This document shows, piece after piece, positions 27,893-31,209 of a DNA stretch of 31,209 bases. A model generated the notes under the pieces. That model did not search any database, was not told the origin of the DNA, and saw only the letters and a list, made by a program, of their open reading frames with translations. Both the position numbers and the translations under genes were made by a program. Position 1 is the stretch's first letter; each line of letters starts with the position of its first letter. The DNA is from a virus (taxonomy: Duplodnaviria; Heunggongvirae; Uroviricota; Caudoviricetes). The stretch is taken from positions 1-31,209 of the IMG/VR virus record IMGVR_UViG_3300029719_000311; one strand, given 5' to 3'.

Positions 27893-27922
27893 AAGTACAG
27901 AGGATAGTTTAATGAGGGTATT

Positions 27923-29200
27923 ATGAACCGTCAGCCGTTTACTTCAGCAGCACTTAAACGAAACTTAAGTGAAAGTGAGAAGGCTTATTATTTTAAAAAA
28001 AATAATGTTGCTGAGTTAGAATCATTAATTAGTGATGCCGTTTTAATTGCTAATGAGAATTTTCGCTCTGGTGTGAGTGTAAAGAAACTAAATATTAAGG
28101 GACGCTGCGTTTACACTGCTTCATGTTTGAAGGAAAAAATAATACTTAGACATTGCAATGCAAATTTAAAATGCCTTGAATCGCTTCGTCCCAAACAACG
28201 AAATACAATAATTAGTGAGCTTAAAATTTATTTGGAAGAAGGTACTCCATTCAAAATATATCGTTTGGATATAAAGTCTTTCTTTGAATCAATTGATTTA
28301 CCGCAGCTTTTTCAGCTCTTACATAACGAAACACGACTGTCTAGACATACAAAAAATTTGCTAGAATGGTATCTTAAATCGTGTGAAAGGCTTCACTCTT
28401 CGAAAGGATTACCTAGAGGGTTAGAAATTAGTCCTATGTTATCAGAATTGTACTTGGCACAATTTGATAATAGTATTCATAGGCATCCAGAAGTATTTTA
28501 TTATTCAAGATTTGTAGATGATATGGTAATCGTTTCAAGTGGTTGTGAATGTGAAGCGTCCTTTATGGAATTTATACAAGATGTATTACCAAAGGGATTG
28601 GCTTTAAATAAAAATAAATTAAAAATATCTCCATGCATACCAAAGAGAAGTAAGGGTTTAAATAAACAGGATAAATTGCTTCATGAATTTGACTTTCTAG
28701 GGTACTCGTTTTCTATAATAGACACACCTTTGAGCAAAGATGGTGAGATTAATAGCTGTTACAGAAAGGTTGTTGTTAATTTATCTAAATCTCGCCTGAA
28801 GAAAATTAAAACAAGAATAGCTAGGTCTTTCTACTCTTATCATATTAATGGTGATTTTAAACTATTGCTAGACAGGATTTCTTTTTTGACTAGTAACAGG
28901 GATTTAAATCGCAAAATAAAATCGTTAAGTTCTTTAGAAAAAAGCAAGATAAGTACAGGTATTTATTACAGTAATGCGAAGTTAGATGTTGACTCCATAT
29001 CCCTAAAAAAATTAGATGACTTTTTGCTATATTGTGTGCAATCTAATACTGGGCGTTTGAATAGTGTTGCAAAAAAACCTTTTAATTTGAAGCAAAAAAA
29101 AGAACTGCTAAGAAATAGTTTTAGAAAAGGCTTTGTGGATAGAGTATATAGAAAGTATAACTTTAAGCGCTATACTGAGATTACAAAAATATGGTTATAA
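27923..29200 (+). CDS. Reverse transcriptase 1 (425 aa), defence-associated RT (UG/Abi-like; DRT3 component by inference)
   Basis: Canonical RT motifs: YRLDIKSFFESID (motif 2), LPRGLEISPMLSELYL (motif 4), FVDD catalytic box at 28511..28522 (motif 5), FDFLGYSF (motif 7); very low GC. Confidence 0.85.
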   Translation: MNRQPFTSAALKRNLSESEKAYYFKKNNVAELESLISDAVLIANENFRSGVSVKKLNIKGRCVYTASCLKEKIILRHCNANLKCLESLRPKQRNTIISELKIYLEEGTPFKIYRLDIKSFFESIDLPQLFQLLHNETRLSRHTKNLLEWYLKSCERLHSSKGLPRGLEISPMLSELYLAQFDNSIHRHPEVFYYSRFVDDMVIVSSGCECEASFMEFIQDVLPKGLALNKNKLKISPCIPKRSKGLNKQDKLLHEFDFLGYSFSIIDTPLSKDGEINSCYRKVVVNLSKSRLKKIKTRIARSFYSYHINGDFKLLLDRISFLTSNRDLNRKIKSLSSLEKSKISTGIYYSNAKLDVDSISLKKLDDFLLYCVQSNTGRLNSVAKKPFNLKQKKELLRNSFRKGFVDRVYRKYNFKRYTEITKIWL

Positions 29201-31209
29201 AGAAAAACATTAAACTTGATAAGAAAGATTATCTCAGGGCTTTACTATGTGATACACTGCCCGGTGATTGTCCAATTATTTTTTCAAATGATGGCTTATA
29301 TATAAACTTAACAGAATATGATAGAGTTTGTAATGATTTGTTACATTTTACTCCGGTTTCTTCTTTCTTAAAAAAAATAGTTAACCCTAATTTAGACTCT
29401 TCTATTAGTGTCGCAGATCGCCACCGAGAAAAGAAGAAACAAAGCTCCCCATTTGGCTATTGTATAGTAAAAGATGCCTTTAGCCAAAGACATCTTTCTT
29501 TAATTCACCCAAGATCTCAAATTAATTATTCGGAATTTTATAAAACATACTCATCCGTTATCACATTAAATACTTTAAAAAGTAATTTTTCTATTCGCTA
29601 CCCACGTAAGGTCGCTAACTCTTTCTTTTTATATGAAAATAATGCTTTGGAAAAATATAAAGGGGAAGATATCGAAACAACAAAGGATGAGTTAATGAGG
29701 AAATATTCATCCTCTTATTTTAGTTATGGCGGTTTCAACAGGATATATAAACTATTTCAAAGTAAGATGTTTATTGAGCTTGAGAAAAGATTCTCGGTGA
29801 TGTGGATGTTAGATGTATCACATTGTTTTGATAGCATATATACGCATTCGGTTTCTTGGGCATTAAAAAATAAATCATATATCAAAAAACATGTTAAACA
29901 CAGCAATCAATTTGGACAAGAATTAGATACACTGATGCAACGTAGCAATAATAATGAAACAAATGGAATACCTATTGGTTCAGAGTTTAGCAGGGTTTTT
30001 GCAGAATTAATATTTCAGCGAATTGATTGCAATATTGAGTCATGCCTTCTTAGTGAGCATGGATGGGTTAATAATAAAGATTATGTTATATTGAGATATG
30101 TAGATGATTTTATTGTTTTTTGTAATGGTGAGTCAAGTGCCGAAGTTATTACAAAAATAATTAATGTGAAGTTAAATGAATATAATCTACAATTAAATGT
30201 AAACAAGCTTAAGAAGTATTCTAGGCCATTTTGCACTAGCAAGACAAGTTTGATTGTCAAAGTTAATGAATTAATTCGCAATTTAGAAATTAAACTGTAT
30301 GAAAAACGTGATAGTGGCTTTACTTTAAATAAAATAAGAAGTAAGCATGATTTAAAGATATATGTAATTAATCATGTCAAGTCTATATGCATTGAAAATC
30401 AAGTGTCTTATTCTGATGTTTCATCATATATAATATCATCTCTTTCCAAAAGATTAATATCAATAATTGATATATTACGAGTTCAAGAAAATGAAGATGA
30501 TGTAGATGTAAAAAAAAGGATTAAGGACTTAATTTTCACAATAACCGATATTATGTTGTTCTTTTTCAGTGTTAACCCAACTGTTTCATCATCTTATAAA
30601 TTATCAAAAACAATGGTTGTTGTTAATAACTATTTGAATGAAATATCTAGTGACTATAGTAGTATTTTTATGACTACGTTAGTGAATGCTGCGGAAAACA
30701 TTAATTTTGGTGAGAATGATAATGGGCTGTTTATTGATGATTTCATTTCAATTGAAAAGGTTAATTTAATCTTGGCTGCTACTTTTTTTGGAGATAATTA
30801 TCTTATAAGTGACAGTTTTTTTCATGGAGTTATACATAAAAAGAAATTGGACTACTTTACTATAATCTCACTGCTATTCTATTTTAGAAACAGAAGATCA
30901 TTCCGAAAATTGAAGTGTATAATAGAGGGTGAAATAAAGGAAATATTAAGTTCTAATATGGATTTGCTGCAATCATCGGAAAAGGCACATTTATTTTTGG
31001 ATGTCATGTCATGTCCATTTGTCTCAATAGAGACAAGGCGTTTTTTATATAGAAAATATCTCAAGAGCTATGAGCCAAAGCTGAACAGAAGTCATCTGGA
31101 GATTGAGAATGATTTGCAATCTCTGCTTCAAATATATTGGTTTGTCAAGTGGGATGAGTTAGATATTGTGAAAATGATTGAGAAAAAAGAATTGAAAGAA
31201 AGCTATTAA
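29191..31209 (+). CDS. Reverse transcriptase 2 (672 aa) with long C-terminal extension (UG/Abi-like; DRT3 component by inference)
   Basis: MLDVSHCFDSIYTHSVSWAL (motif 2), NGIPIGSEFSRVFAELIF (motif 4), YVDD catalytic box at 30097..30108; overlaps RT1 by 10 nt; stop codon is the last triplet of the window. Confidence 0.85.
   Translation: MVIKKNIKLDKKDYLRALLCDTLPGDCPIIFSNDGLYINLTEYDRVCNDLLHFTPVSSFLKKIVNPNLDSSISVADRHREKKKQSSPFGYCIVKDAFSQRHLSLIHPRSQINYSEFYKTYSSVITLNTLKSNFSIRYPRKVANSFFLYENNALEKYKGEDIETTKDELMRKYSSSYFSYGGFNRIYKLFQSKMFIELEKRFSVMWMLDVSHCFDSIYTHSVSWALKNKSYIKKHVKHSNQFGQELDTLMQRSNNNETNGIPIGSEFSRVFAELIFQRIDCNIESCLLSEHGWVNNKDYVILRYVDDFIVFCNGESSAEVITKIINVKLNEYNLQLNVNKLKKYSRPFCTSKTSLIVKVNELIRNLEIKLYEKRDSGFTLNKIRSKHDLKIYVINHVKSICIENQVSYSDVSSYIISSLSKRLISIIDILRVQENEDDVDVKKRIKDLIFTITDIMLFFFSVNPTVSSSYKLSKTMVVVNNYLNEISSDYSSIFMTTLVNAAENINFGENDNGLFIDDFISIEKVNLILAATFFGDNYLISDSFFHGVIHKKKLDYFTIISLLFYFRNRRSFRKLKCIIEGEIKEILSSNMDLLQSSEKAHLFLDVMSCPFVSIETRRFLYRKYLKSYEPKLNRSHLEIENDLQSLLQIYWFVKWDELDIVKMIEKKELKESY

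Larger units (their letters stand above)
21863..31209. mobile_element. P4-like satellite element integrated at thrW (partial; continues beyond window)
   Basis: P4-type integrase next to att repeat, AlpA-like regulator, TGTTYCACC iterons, sid/psu/delta-like operon with TGT-N12-ACA motif, then low-GC cargo genes. Confidence 0.7.

Noticed and set aside
1-31209. CRISPR arrays, rRNA genes, IS elements or transposases
   Set aside because: No regularly spaced short direct repeats with unique spacers, no rRNA-like sequence, and no transposase-like ORF or terminal inverted repeats were seen

Overview
The window reads as an Enterobacteriaceae (E. coli-like) chromosomal segment at the proA-thrW junction, followed by two integrative elements inserted in tandem at tRNA-Thr(CGU). 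All calls are from reading the sequence and ORF translations by eye; no database search was possible. Element 1 (about 1445..21909) is a defective lambdoid prophage with a P22-type int/xis module, an early-left operon including an HD-domain protein, a cI/cro immunity switch with GGTACA-type palindromic operators, and a replication/early-right module (iteron-bearing initiator, Dam-like methyltransferase, LexA-DBD-only protein, RusA, KilA-N protein). Its late region is truncated to a chimeric J-like ORF plus lom, stf and tfa, and it ends with a low-GC 1484-aa P-loop NTPase with NACHT/STAND-like motifs, which is the strongest candidate for an uncharacterised antiphage gene. A 47-bp direct repeat of the thrW 3' end (1399..1445 = 21863..21909) separates it from element 2, a P4-like satellite (P4-type integrase, low-GC 274-aa cargo ORF, AlpA-like and Arc-like regulators, TGTTYCACC iteron cluster, sid/psu/delta-like late operon). 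Element 2 carries two overlapping low-GC reverse-transcriptase genes with intact FVDD/YVDD catalytic motifs; this two-RT architecture resembles defence-associated RT type 3 (DRT3, UG3+UG8), an assignment that is inference only. No rRNA, CRISPR array or IS transposase was seen.
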